DNA of 64,000 nt from an uncultured Candidatus Saccharibacteria bacterium. Lineage in GTDB: Bacteria; Patescibacteriota; Minisyncoccia; Phycocordibacterales; Phycocordibacteraceae. The notes under the pieces were generated by a model, which had not been told where the DNA came from, did no database searches, and saw only the letters and a list, made by a program, of their open reading frames with translations. Below are positions 27,417-37,023 of this stretch, piece by piece. The stretch covers positions 85,671-149,670 of the forward strand of contig CAZQGQ010000002.1 in the NCBI GenBank assembly GCA_964593365.1. Direction: 5' to 3'. Position numbers and translations under genes: made by a program. Position 1 is the stretch's first letter, and every line of letters begins with the position of its first letter.

Positions 27417-30204
27417 CAAGCTCAAGCACGGCATCATACGAAGACGCTTCACCTGAGCGCCACGACCCAGATAGGAGTTCTCGTACCACCGCGTCAAACT
27501 CAGCAAGAGCTTCTGCTTCTCTCTCGATGCTGACGAGAACTGGATGTTCCTTAACGCGATCAGGCCCGACCTCAATGAGTGAAGCGCATGTAGGCGCGTG
27601 ACCGCTTTCTTTTAACAAATGGACATACAGCATGAGCTGGCGGACATGCGCCTCGTCTTTTGCAGAGACAGTGCTTCCTGTCTTGAAATCAATCACGCAC
27701 TCCCCGGCAGAGGTTTCAAATAACGCATCGAGTTTCCCCTGCAAGATAACGGGAACGCCGTCAACCACGCGTGTCACCTTGAAGGCCTTCTCGACAGCAA
27801 TGGGCTTACCTTCCGGAAGCATCGTTGTCTCATAAAATGTAAGCGTGCGCTTTGCATCTCGCATGAGAGCTTCAAAGACAGCGTCTCGTGGAAGAAGCGA
27901 GAAACGAAACGCGTTTTCAAGCGTACGCTCTGACGCCGCGCTATCATTTCCTTCAAGCAAGGATGCGATACCTGCGTGGACTGCATTTCCGAATACCAGT
28001 GGCCCTTGCGGAGGCTCTTTGATACGTAGTACTCGCGAGGCGAAGAACTTGGCTGGCGAGGCAAGATAATCATTCAATGCAGAGGGCGAAAGACCATCTT
28101 CAGTCAGATAGATCTTTGAAAGACGGATAAGGAGCTCTGAGGCTTTCTCGGTGCTATGGAGTATGGGCAGCCGGGATGCTTCTACGGAGACTTCCGAAAG
28201 GCCTTCGGGCATGAGCACAGAGGCTCGACGCTCGCGTCCATCCCTGCTTTCTGCAGGATACGAGAGATACGCCTTGTCCTTGGCTCTCGTGAGTGCAACG
28301 TAGAAGAGGCGGCGGGAATCCTCAATCGACTGCTTCTGGGCAAAGGGAGACGGGATGAGCGCTGGCTTGCCGCCCCGCTCCCAGCCGTTTTCGGTCAGAT
28401 CCGGTATGACGACGTGCTTGAATTCCATGCCCTTGGCCTTGTGCGCCGTGATCACGGTGACCATTCCCTCTCGCTCGGTGACCGACTCCTTCACGAAGGA
28501 AAGCTCGTGCTCCCCTGCCTGCGCGAGCTCTTCCATCGCTTCTCGGAAGGTTGCTCCCTCTTTATGAACCGAAACCTCTTCAAGATGCATCATCAGTTTC
28601 CGTACAAGCGATATGTCATCAAGGTATTCCGCGTGCGAGAGGAAATAATCGCGCGCGCCAGATTCAGCAAATATCCTTGAGAAACACTCGATGGGCGTCT
28701 CAGCGATAGAGCGAGGAACAAGCGAGGACAACACTTCCCCGATCTGCGGGTATGCCTTGTGCAACTCTACAAGAAGCTCATGGTCGCGAGTTCGCCGAAG
28801 CATGAGGAGCATCTCCTCAGCGGGGGCTTTCCACCACGGTGCGCACAAAGCGATCCGAAGCGATCCAAAGCGGCTTGGGTCTCCAATGTATTCCATGAGC
28901 GAGAGAAGGGCTCGTGGAAGCGGACGCGAGGTAAGGGATACGTCTCCTGCGCGAAGGACCGGCACTCCTGAAGCCTGTAGCGCCTGAGCAACGAGGTCTG
29001 CGACTTCGTTCTTGCGGCTTATGACCGCGATGTCATGCGGAGCAGTTCCTTCGCTAATCAAGCCCTGAATAAGGGAGCTTATCTTCGCGCGCTCATCCAG
29101 CGGATCAGAAGCCGTAATCTTTTGAAGCGACGGCCCCTGCTCCCCTCTGGTTGCGGTAAGGCGCGGGTGCTCGCCGATAGGGGCAACGACCTCGTGCGCG
29201 GTATCCAAGATGTCTTGGAAGGAACGGAAAGATTCTGAGAGCGCTATCACTTTCGCGCGAGGAAAGAGCTCCGTAAACGAGCGGAAGCCCCCGAGGTCTG
29301 CTCCTTGGAAGCGGTAGATCGCCTGCTTCTCGTCTCCAACGACAAAGAGGTTTGGGAAATCATCCGCGGCAAGAAGCTCCAGAAGCTTATGCTGAAGCGC
29401 GTTGGCGTCCTGGTGCTCATCTGCAAGCACATACTGATACGTCTCCTGCAGCTCAGCACGAAGCGTATCATCTTCCGCTAGTCGCCCGACAAGAGTGGTG
29501 AGCATGTCAGAGAAGTCATACGTGCCCCGAGCTTCTTTGAGTTCTTGATAGCGCGTAAGGACACGAACCGCCTCATCCACTTTATCAACGCGCTCAAGCT
29601 TTTCCTGACCTTCCTTTTTGAGTTGCCCGGCCTGCGCTCCTCGCACATACACCAACGATTCATCGGCTCGTATGCGATCCCGTTCCCCCTCTCCCCAGGA
29701 AGCGTAGAGAGCAAGCGAGACATTCTCGCGAGACAAAGTCTCATGTAAACGCTTCAGGTCATCCAAATAGGTAAAGGGAGCTTTGGGTGGGCGAAGCATT
29801 TCAACATCGGCGCCCTCAAGCGCTTCCCGCAAAAGAAGAATTTGTTCCACTTCTCCCGCAAGGCGCTTGCCTTCATAGCCTGGGAAATGCTGGGGATACC
29901 GGTTCATCACAAGCTCTGCAAATCCGTGGAAGGTCGTGATTGTCACATCGCGTGCGGTCGCCTCCCCCACAAGTCCCGAGAGTCTGGTGCGCATGGTTCG
30001 TGCCGCAGAGTCGGTAAAGGTAAGCGCCAGCACGCTGTGCGCTCCCGCCTGCGTGATCTTGAGAATGTTAGCAATGCGAAGCGTTAGGACATGCGTCTTC
30101 CCAGTCCCAGGTCCTGCGATAACCAGTACGGGCCCCTCGACCGTATCGACGGCTTCCTTTTGAGGAGCATTAAGTCCCGCGTACGCCGTAGCAAACTCAG
30201 CCAT
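27403..30204 (-). CDS. UvrD/PcrA-family SF1 helicase fused to a C-terminal PD-(D/E)xK nuclease domain
   Basis: Helicase motif I AGPGTGKT and further helicase motifs. The C-terminal approx. 200 aa carry FGNAVHAGI, GKLDAL...CVIDFKTG and QLMLY, matching a RecB-like nuclease. Confidence 0.85.
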   Translation of the reverse strand: MAEFATAYAGLNAPQKEAVDTVEGPVLVIAGPGTGKTHVLTLRIANILKITQAGAHSVLALTFTDSAARTMRTRLSGLVGEATARDVTITTFHGFAELVMNRYPQHFPGYEGKRLAGEVEQILLLREALEGADVEMLRPPKAPFTYLDDLKRLHETLSRENVSLALYASWGEGERDRIRADESLVYVRGAQAGQLKKEGQEKLERVDKVDEAVRVLTRYQELKEARGTYDFSDMLTTLVGRLAEDDTLRAELQETYQYVLADEHQDANALQHKLLELLAADDFPNLFVVGDEKQAIYRFQGADLGGFRSFTELFPRAKVIALSESFRSFQDILDTAHEVVAPIGEHPRLTATRGEQGPSLQKITASDPLDERAKISSLIQGLISEGTAPHDIAVISRKNEVADLVAQALQASGVPVLRAGDVSLTSRPLPRALLSLMEYIGDPSRFGSLRIALCAPWWKAPAEEMLLMLRRTRDHELLVELHKAYPQIGEVLSSLVPRSIAETPIECFSRIFAESGARDYFLSHAEYLDDISLVRKLMMHLEEVSVHKEGATFREAMEELAQAGEHELSFVKESVTEREGMVTVITAHKAKGMEFKHVVIPDLTENGWERGGKPALIPSPFAQKQSIEDSRRLFYVALTRAKDKAYLSYPAESRDGRERRASVLMPEGLSEVSVEASRLPILHSTEKASELLIRLSKIYLTEDGLSPSALNDYLASPAKFFASRVLRIKEPPQGPLVFGNAVHAGIASLLEGNDSAASERTLENAFRFSLLPRDAVFEALMRDAKRTLTFYETTMLPEGKPIAVEKAFKVTRVVDGVPVILQGKLDALFETSAGECVIDFKTGSTVSAKDEAHVRQLMLYVHLLKESGHAPTCASLIEVGPDRVKEHPVLVSIEREAEALAEFDAVVRELLSGSWRSGEASSYDAVLELVTPS

Positions 30205-30215
30205 AGGAGCAGTGT

Positions 30216-30252
30216 AACAAAAAACAGCCGACGCATCCGCCGGCTGTTTTTG
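30216..30252 (-). terminator. Intrinsic terminator after rpoD (hairpin with flanking A- and T-tracts)
   Basis: On the minus strand, cagccggcggaugcgucggcug is followed by UUUUUUGUU. It ends 10 nt before the helicase-nuclease start codon. Confidence 0.65.
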
Positions 30253-30257
30253 GTCTT

Positions 30258-31517
30258 TTAGTAGCTCTTCAAACGACGCGCCTTTTCGTGCGTACGGATC
30301 TTCTCAAGCGCTTTCGCTTCAATCTGGCGGATTCGCTCGCGCGTAACGCCGAACTCGCGACCCACCTCTTCAAGGGTGTGATAGATGCCGTCAAGGAGTC
30401 CATGGCGCATTTCCAATATCTTTCGCTCTTTGGGAGAGAGGTCATCGAGGATATCGCGAACCTGTTCGGTCAAGATGCGCTCTGAGGATTCTTGGACCGG
30501 AGACGGGATCTTGTCGTCTGCAATAAAGTCACCAAGCGTTGATTTGTCATCGTCATCGGATCCGATCGGGTTTTCAAGCGAGAGCGTGTCCTGGTTGATC
30601 TTCTCGATCTGGTAGATCTTCTCAACTTCAACGCCCATCTCTACCGCAATCTCTTCAGGCTGCGCATCGCGGCCAAGCGCCTGCGACAGGCGACGCGACA
30701 CCTGCTTGTACTTAGCGATGGTTTCCACCATGTGGACAGGAATGCGGATGGTGCGGGACTGGTCGGCAAGGGCGCGAGTGATGGCCTGGCGAATCCACCA
30801 TGTTGCGTAGGTTGAGAACTTGTACCCTTTCTTCCAGTCGAACTTATCGACGGCTTTAAAGAGACCAATGTTCCCTTCTTGGATAAGGTCGAGGAGCGTC
30901 AGATCTGGAGAACGGCCGACGTATTTCTTTGCGATAGAGACCACGAGGCGAAGGTTGCTTCGTGCAAGGATGTTGCGAGCCTCGTCATCTCCAGCGTCAA
31001 TGCGCTTAGCGAGCTCGCGCTCCTCAGCCGCAGTCAGAAGTGGGTACTGGCCGATCTCACGAAGGTAGATCTGGATGGAGTCGTAGCTTGCTGAGTCGCG
31101 ACCTTTGATGTTGCGAGTTGCAAGATACTCGTCCGCATTGTCTTCGAGCATGCCGCCTTCAAGAATGTCGATACCGGTCGTGACGAAGCGCTCATAGAGC
31201 TCATCGAGGAAGTTAACGTCATCCTCAACATGCGGAAATTCCTTAAGAATCTCGCTATAGGTGATGTAGCCTCGCTCGCGCCCCTTTACGATAAGCGCTT
31301 CTGCCTTCTTCATGCGATCAGACGCTGCTGACTTTTTAGCACCCTGCACGCCAGCGCGAACGACGGCCATAGCGCGCTTTTGTACTGGAGCCTTCTTCTG
31401 CACCTTCTTAGCTTTAGGAGCCGCCTTCTTTGGCTTTGCCTTTGGCTTATGCGTCGAAGAACGCGCTGAAGATGCACGCTTGGTGGTTGTTTTTTTCTTC
31501 ATCTTAGGTGAGGCCAT
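30258..31517 (-). CDS. rpoD: RNA polymerase sigma factor, sigma-70 (RpoD)
   Basis: Regions 1.2 to 4 are present (YLREIG; region 2.4 [12 protein letters not shown]; region 4.2 [24 protein letters not shown]), with a basic N-terminal tail. Confidence 0.95.
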   Translation of the reverse strand: MASPKMKKKTTTKRASSARSSTHKPKAKPKKAAPKAKKVQKKAPVQKRAMAVVRAGVQGAKKSAASDRMKKAEALIVKGRERGYITYSEILKEFPHVEDDVNFLDELYERFVTTGIDILEGGMLEDNADEYLATRNIKGRDSASYDSIQIYLREIGQYPLLTAAEERELAKRIDAGDDEARNILARSNLRLVVSIAKKYVGRSPDLTLLDLIQEGNIGLFKAVDKFDWKKGYKFSTYATWWIRQAITRALADQSRTIRIPVHMVETIAKYKQVSRRLSQALGRDAQPEEIAVEMGVEVEKIYQIEKINQDTLSLENPIGSDDDDKSTLGDFIADDKIPSPVQESSERILTEQVRDILDDLSPKERKILEMRHGLLDGIYHTLEEVGREFGVTRERIRQIEAKALEKIRTHEKARRLKSY

Positions 31518-31544
31518 AATGAATTAAATAGTATGAAAAACCTA

Positions 31545-33212
31545 TTAAGCGAGCTTCGCGAGGCGCTCGGACGCTTCTTTGCATGCTTGAAGCGCTTGCT
31601 GTACTTCTGTATCGTCCTTGCTTGACTCAGCACGACGCAGGCGCGTCGTAGCTTGTTCAAGCGCTGCAACGAGAACGGAGCGCTCGAATGCGCTTAAGAG
31701 ATCCTGTGCTGCACGTTCTGCAGGCGACTCTCCGTAGAGAAGGCCGGCCTCAAAAAGGGCGCGCTCGGAGACAGGGTCGTCCCGTAGCGCTACACCACTA
31801 ATCCGAGCGTACTCGGCCCCGACCCATTTGGCAAGCTCGGTGCCCGGGTATGCCTGTGCGACGGCATGAATAAGCTCATCTCGCGGAGTTGCAAGCTGCG
31901 GCACGCTCGCTCCACTGGTTCCTTTGACCTCTGGTTCCTGCGGAAGCGTCTCCCCTTTTGGAAGAGAAGCACGTACTGCCTCAACGGAAGAACCAAGCGA
32001 ACGAGCAACGATGCTTACGAAGTGTTCACGCTCCAAGGGACTTTTGATCGCAGCGACTAGTGGCATCACAACGCGTTCAGCGGCAATCACGAGCTTATGC
32101 TGATCGGGCTCAGCTGCTGAGAGAACCGAGAGGAAGAACTCGATGATCGGCTCTGCTTCTTTGATACGGCGCACCAGGTCCTGCGGCGTCTCATGCGCGA
32201 GGTCTGCCGGATCCTTTCCGATAGGAAGTCGGACCGCCTTTACTCGCAAGCCTTCACGAAGCGCTGCGTGTGCGTTCTTAGCTGAGGCTGCAAGACCCGC
32301 GCGGTCCGCATCAAGGGCGAGCATCAGGTTCTCCGAATAGCGCTTGATAAGGGAGAGATGCTCACGAGAAAGCGCCGTACCAGAAAGCGCGATCGTATTC
32401 TTGAACCCGATCTGATGCATAAGCAGGAGATCGAACTGCCCCTCAACCAAGAGCGTGAATCCACGCTCCCGGATCGCATCCTTGGCCCGGTCCATCCCGA
32501 AGAGAACGCCTGACTTTCGGAAGAGGATCGTTTCAGGAGAATTGAGGTATTTGGCAGGATCCTCGCTTACAAGCGCGCGGCCAGTGAATGCGACTACCCG
32601 CCCTGCGGCGTCTCGTATCGGGAACATCAACCGGTTACGGAACCGATCGTAGTAGGTGCCCCGCTTCCCGTCTGCCTCTTTGATAAGTCCTGCTGACAGG
32701 AGCTCGTCGTTTGAGAACCCTGCAGTCGTGAGCTCTTCCAAAAGCCCTCGCCAGGCGTCAGGCGCATATCCTAAGTTCCACGATGCGATATTTTCTTTGG
32801 TGAGACCGCGCGAAAGCGCATAGCTATACGCAGCGCCCTTCAGGTCGAGATTCCTCGCATAGAAGCTTTCTGCGCGAGCCATTGCCTCTCGGATGCGCTC
32901 AACCTTCTTCGAGTCCTTGTTTCCTGCGCTGTATTCAAGCGTGACACCCGCTTTCTCTGCAAGAATCTTCAACGCTCCCTTGAAGTCCACGCCCTCCATC
33001 TTCTCGATGAAGCTAAACGCGTCTCCCCCCTGCCCCGATGAGAAGCAGTAGTAAGTGCCCCGGTCAGGCGAGACGAAGAACGACGGCGTCTTCTCCTTAT
33101 TGAAGGGAGAGAGTCCTTTGTAGTTTCTGCCAGCCTTAACAAGCTTGACGTAGGGGGTGACCACGTCGACGATCGAGAGCTTGTCTTTTATTTGTTGGAC
33201 GGTGTCAGCCAT
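31545..33212 (-). CDS. dnaG: DNA primase
   Basis: CHC2 zinc finger (YYCFSSGQGGDAFSF) and a Toprim domain. Start taken at MADTVQQIKDKL (track start 33269). Confidence 0.85.
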   Translation of the reverse strand: MADTVQQIKDKLSIVDVVTPYVKLVKAGRNYKGLSPFNKEKTPSFFVSPDRGTYYCFSSGQGGDAFSFIEKMEGVDFKGALKILAEKAGVTLEYSAGNKDSKKVERIREAMARAESFYARNLDLKGAAYSYALSRGLTKENIASWNLGYAPDAWRGLLEELTTAGFSNDELLSAGLIKEADGKRGTYYDRFRNRLMFPIRDAAGRVVAFTGRALVSEDPAKYLNSPETILFRKSGVLFGMDRAKDAIRERGFTLLVEGQFDLLLMHQIGFKNTIALSGTALSREHLSLIKRYSENLMLALDADRAGLAASAKNAHAALREGLRVKAVRLPIGKDPADLAHETPQDLVRRIKEAEPIIEFFLSVLSAAEPDQHKLVIAAERVVMPLVAAIKSPLEREHFVSIVARSLGSSVEAVRASLPKGETLPQEPEVKGTSGASVPQLATPRDELIHAVAQAYPGTELAKWVGAEYARISGVALRDDPVSERALFEAGLLYGESPAERAAQDLLSAFERSVLVAALEQATTRLRRAESSKDDTEVQQALQACKEASERLAKLA

Positions 33213-33272
33213 GGTGTTGATTGTACGCGAGAGAAACCACGAACCCGCCAGAGGCGGGTCCAAGGTCAAACA

Positions 33273-36200
33273 CTACTGTGCGTTTGCAAGCGCCCGAGAG
33301 GCTTCTGCCTCTTCCGCTTCTGCGGCTCGCACTTGGCGCGCCGCGCGGATCTTACCAACTGACTCGTGCTTCTTGGAGCCTGCGAACCCGGTTCCAGCCG
33401 GGATCAAGCGGCCAAGAATCACGTTTTCCTTGAGGCCGCGGAGCGTGTCCACTGATCCCTTCAAGGCGGCGCTGATCAAGACCTTCGTCGTCTGCTCGAA
33501 TGAAGCAGCTGAGAGGAAGGAACGGCGAGAGAGTGCCGACTCCTTGATACCAAGCACCATGCCCCTAGCTTTCGGAGGAATCTTGCCGGATGCGTCTGCA
33601 TCCTTCAAAGCCTCGTTGAATTCCCACTCCTCAACGACATCGCCGACGGAGTAATCAGAATCGCCCGTGTCAGTGATCTTCATGCGGGAGAACATCTGCT
33701 TCACGACCACCTCAAGGTGCTTGCGGGAAACGCTTGCGCCCTGGAGCTCGTAAATCTTCGAGGTCTCCGCAATGATGTATTCCTGCACGATTGCGCGTCC
33801 TGCGTTCTCGAACAACTCGTCGAGATCTGCTGATCCGTCAGACAAGAGCTGTCCCTTGGCGACCGTGTCTCCTTCTTTGACGAGCGGCATACGAGGGAAG
33901 CTGACGACGTATTCAACCAAGTCTCCCTTCTTCTTGCCCTTCTTGATGACCGATCCTTCAACCGGAGCGACGAGAATCGTCTTATCGCGTCCTTCTTCGC
34001 GGATCTCAACCACCATGCCTCCTGTCTTTGAGACGAGCGCAGGTACTTTCGGGCTTCGCTTCTCAAGCACTTCCTCAACGCGAGGAAGACCCTGGGTGAT
34101 GTCTCCACCAACGGACGCTGTTCCTCCGGCGTGGAAGGTACGCATCGTGAGCTGGGTTCCCGGCTCTCCAATTGCCTGGGCTGCAACGGTTCCAACCGCT
34201 TCACCAAGGTCAACGAGTTCCTGAGTCGTGAGGTCCATACCGTAGCAAGACGCACAGATACCGTGACGGGTATCGCAGGTCATCGGCGAGCGAACCGTAA
34301 CCGAGTTGATGGTCTCATCAGCTGCGATTGCGAGCGCGTCTTCTGATTCAAGATAGGTTCCCTTCTTGAGCATCTTTCCATTGACTGAGACCTCGGAAGC
34401 GAGCGTTCGTCCGCGAACCGATTCAGAGAAGTCGATACGAATACCTGAAGCGGAGATGCGGTTGATGCTGATACCGTTCTTGCCGGCACAATCTCGTTCT
34501 GTGACGATCGAGTCCTGAGCAACGTCGAACAAGCGGCGAGTCAGGTATCCTGCGCGCGCGGTTCCAAGAGCAGTGTCGGTCAAACCTTTTCGGGAACCGT
34601 GGGTCGACATGAAGTACTCAACCGGGTTCAGTCCTTCCATCATCGACGAGATGATTGGGAGTTCGATCGTGTCTCCTGCCGTGTTCTGGATAAGACCCTT
34701 CATACCCACCATCTGGGTGAGGTTTCCAATCGATCCGCGAGCACCGGAACTGATGATGTCGTGGACGGGACTGGTAGGGCTTAGGCCATCGCTCACGAGT
34801 TTCTCAACTTCGTTTTTAGCTCCGTGCCAGGTCTCAATGACGATACGGCGCTTCTCATCTTCTGAGAGAAGTCCTTCTTTGAATTCGCCCTCAACGCGCT
34901 CAACTTTCAAGCGAGCTTCCTCGATCACCTTTCCTTTTCCTTCAGGAACGGATACGTCATCGAAGCTCCAGGTAATACCTGCAGTCGTTGCGTATTCGAA
35001 TCCGAAACGCTTCACGCGGTTCACGATCTTTGGAACAGCATCAAGTCCGTACTTCTTCATGGAATCGATAACGATTCCTGAAAGCACCTTCTTCGTCACG
35101 GCCGTATTTACGTACGGGTAGTCAGACGGAAGAACGGTGTTGAAGAGGAGGCGTCCAACGGTCGTTTCAAATGCCTTGCCTTCAAACTCCGCATACTTCT
35201 CTTTCTCGATGACCGGAAGCACGAAGATCTTTGCGCGAAGGTCAACGGCATCATAGTCGTGAGCGAGGATGGCTGCGTTAGGACTCTGGAAGTACTTCCC
35301 TTCGCCCTTAGCTCCTTCGAGCATCTTCGTAAGCCAGTAACAACCAAGCGCGATGTCGTGGGAGGTTGCGATAACTGGAGAACCCGATCCCGGCTTCAAG
35401 ATGTTCTTGTTAGCCGACATGACGTTCTTAGCTTCCCACTGCGCTTCTTCTGAAAGCGGCACGTGGATAGCCATCTGGTCTCCGTCGAAGTCCGCGTTAA
35501 AGGCCGGACACACAAGCGGGTGCAGCTGGATAGCATCTCCTTCGATAAGGCGAGGGCGGAATGCCTGGATACCCTGGCGGTGAAGCGTTGGGGCGCGGTT
35601 CAAGAGAACGTACTTGCCTTCGATTGCTTCTTCGAGGATTTCCCACACTTCAGCAACGCCGTCTTCGATCAAGCGTCCTGCGCCGCGGATGTTGAAGGCG
35701 AGTTCGCGATCAAGGAGTCCTGCGATAACGAACGGACGGAAGAGTTCGAGTGCCATGTGCTTTGGGATACCGCACTCATCGAGTTCCATGTCAGGACCGA
35801 CGACGATCACTGAGCGGCCCGAGTAGTCAACGCGCTTTCCAAGCAAGTTCTGGCGGAAGTAACCCTGCTTTCCCTTCAAGTAGTCAGCAAGCGACTTCAG
35901 CGGTCGGCGCTGAGCCGGCGTCAATGCGCCTCCTGAAGCACCTGACTTGCGGATTGAGTTATCAAGAAGAGCGTCAACTGCTTCTTGGAGAATACGCTTC
36001 TCGTTTCGAAGGATGACCTCCGGAGCGTGAATATCGAGAAGCTTCTTCAAGCGGTTGTTGCGGTTGATGACGCGACGATAAAGGTCGTTAACGTCAGAGG
36101 TTGCGTGGCGACCTCCTTCAAGCGCGACCATCGGGCGAAGTGCTGGCGGGATAACCGGGATCTTCGTGAGGAACATCCACTCAGGACGAACGCCAGAAGC

Positions 36201-37013
36201 GATCATCGATGAAAGAAGTGAGATGCGCTTTGCAAGCTTCTCGCGCTCAGCAGCCGGAGCTGTCTGGTAGCGCACTTCAAGCTCGGCCTTCAAGGTGTCG
36301 AGCTTAAGCGTGCGGAAGATGTCGTAGATGGCTTCTGCGCCGATCTTTGCTTCAAAGAGAGTTCCGTACTTAACCGAGAAGCGGTGATACTGCATCTCGT
36401 CAAAGACGCGTCCAACGACGATGGAGTCGATCTCCGTGTGCGCAAGCGCCATCTTCTCCTTGAGAGCTTCGCGCTCCTTATCATTTGCTGAAGCCTTGTG
36501 CTTGGTCTTGTATTCGCTATCAAGCTCGTTCAAGAGGCGCTTTTTAACGTCTTCGGCGACCTTGGTCACGATGTAGCCTGCGAAGTAGACGACCTTCTCG
36601 AGGTCTGATCCTGGGATGCCAAGAATAAGAGCCATGCGGCTTGGCATGGAGCGGAGGAACCAGATGTGCGCGACAGGCGTCACGAGCTCGATGTGGCCCA
36701 TGCGCTCGCGTCGAACGATAGAGCGAGTTATTTCAACACCGCACTTATCGCAGACGATACCCTTATAACGGATGCCTTTGTACTTACCGCAGTAACACTC
36801 GTAATCCTTTTCAGGACCGAAAATCTTTTCATCGAAGAGCCCGTGCTTCTCAGAGCGCTGGGTTCGATAGTTGATGGTCTCAGGCTTGGTGATCTCGCCG
36901 CGGGACCATTCAAGAATGCGCTCAGGGGATGCGAGCGAGAGACGGAGCGCGTTCCAATCGTTTGCACGACCGCCGAAGAACTTCTTCTGACCTTGGTTTT
37001 TGGTGATAGCCAT
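33273..37013 (-). CDS. rpoC: DNA-directed RNA polymerase subunit beta'
   Basis: 1246 aa. Zinc-binding CYCGKYKGIRYKGIVCDKCGVE and catalytic NADFDGDQM. Confidence 0.95.
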   Translation of the reverse strand: MAITKNQGQKKFFGGRANDWNALRLSLASPERILEWSRGEITKPETINYRTQRSEKHGLFDEKIFGPEKDYECYCGKYKGIRYKGIVCDKCGVEITRSIVRRERMGHIELVTPVAHIWFLRSMPSRMALILGIPGSDLEKVVYFAGYIVTKVAEDVKKRLLNELDSEYKTKHKASANDKEREALKEKMALAHTEIDSIVVGRVFDEMQYHRFSVKYGTLFEAKIGAEAIYDIFRTLKLDTLKAELEVRYQTAPAAEREKLAKRISLLSSMIASGVRPEWMFLTKIPVIPPALRPMVALEGGRHATSDVNDLYRRVINRNNRLKKLLDIHAPEVILRNEKRILQEAVDALLDNSIRKSGASGGALTPAQRRPLKSLADYLKGKQGYFRQNLLGKRVDYSGRSVIVVGPDMELDECGIPKHMALELFRPFVIAGLLDRELAFNIRGAGRLIEDGVAEVWEILEEAIEGKYVLLNRAPTLHRQGIQAFRPRLIEGDAIQLHPLVCPAFNADFDGDQMAIHVPLSEEAQWEAKNVMSANKNILKPGSGSPVIATSHDIALGCYWLTKMLEGAKGEGKYFQSPNAAILAHDYDAVDLRAKIFVLPVIEKEKYAEFEGKAFETTVGRLLFNTVLPSDYPYVNTAVTKKVLSGIVIDSMKKYGLDAVPKIVNRVKRFGFEYATTAGITWSFDDVSVPEGKGKVIEEARLKVERVEGEFKEGLLSEDEKRRIVIETWHGAKNEVEKLVSDGLSPTSPVHDIISSGARGSIGNLTQMVGMKGLIQNTAGDTIELPIISSMMEGLNPVEYFMSTHGSRKGLTDTALGTARAGYLTRRLFDVAQDSIVTERDCAGKNGISINRISASGIRIDFSESVRGRTLASEVSVNGKMLKKGTYLESEDALAIAADETINSVTVRSPMTCDTRHGICASCYGMDLTTQELVDLGEAVGTVAAQAIGEPGTQLTMRTFHAGGTASVGGDITQGLPRVEEVLEKRSPKVPALVSKTGGMVVEIREEGRDKTILVAPVEGSVIKKGKKKGDLVEYVVSFPRMPLVKEGDTVAKGQLLSDGSADLDELFENAGRAIVQEYIIAETSKIYELQGASVSRKHLEVVVKQMFSRMKITDTGDSDYSVGDVVEEWEFNEALKDADASGKIPPKARGMVLGIKESALSRRSFLSAASFEQTTKVLISAALKGSVDTLRGLKENVILGRLIPAGTGFAGSKKHESVGKIRAARQVRAAEAEEAEASRALANAQ

Positions 37014-37023
37014 ACGAGTTGGA

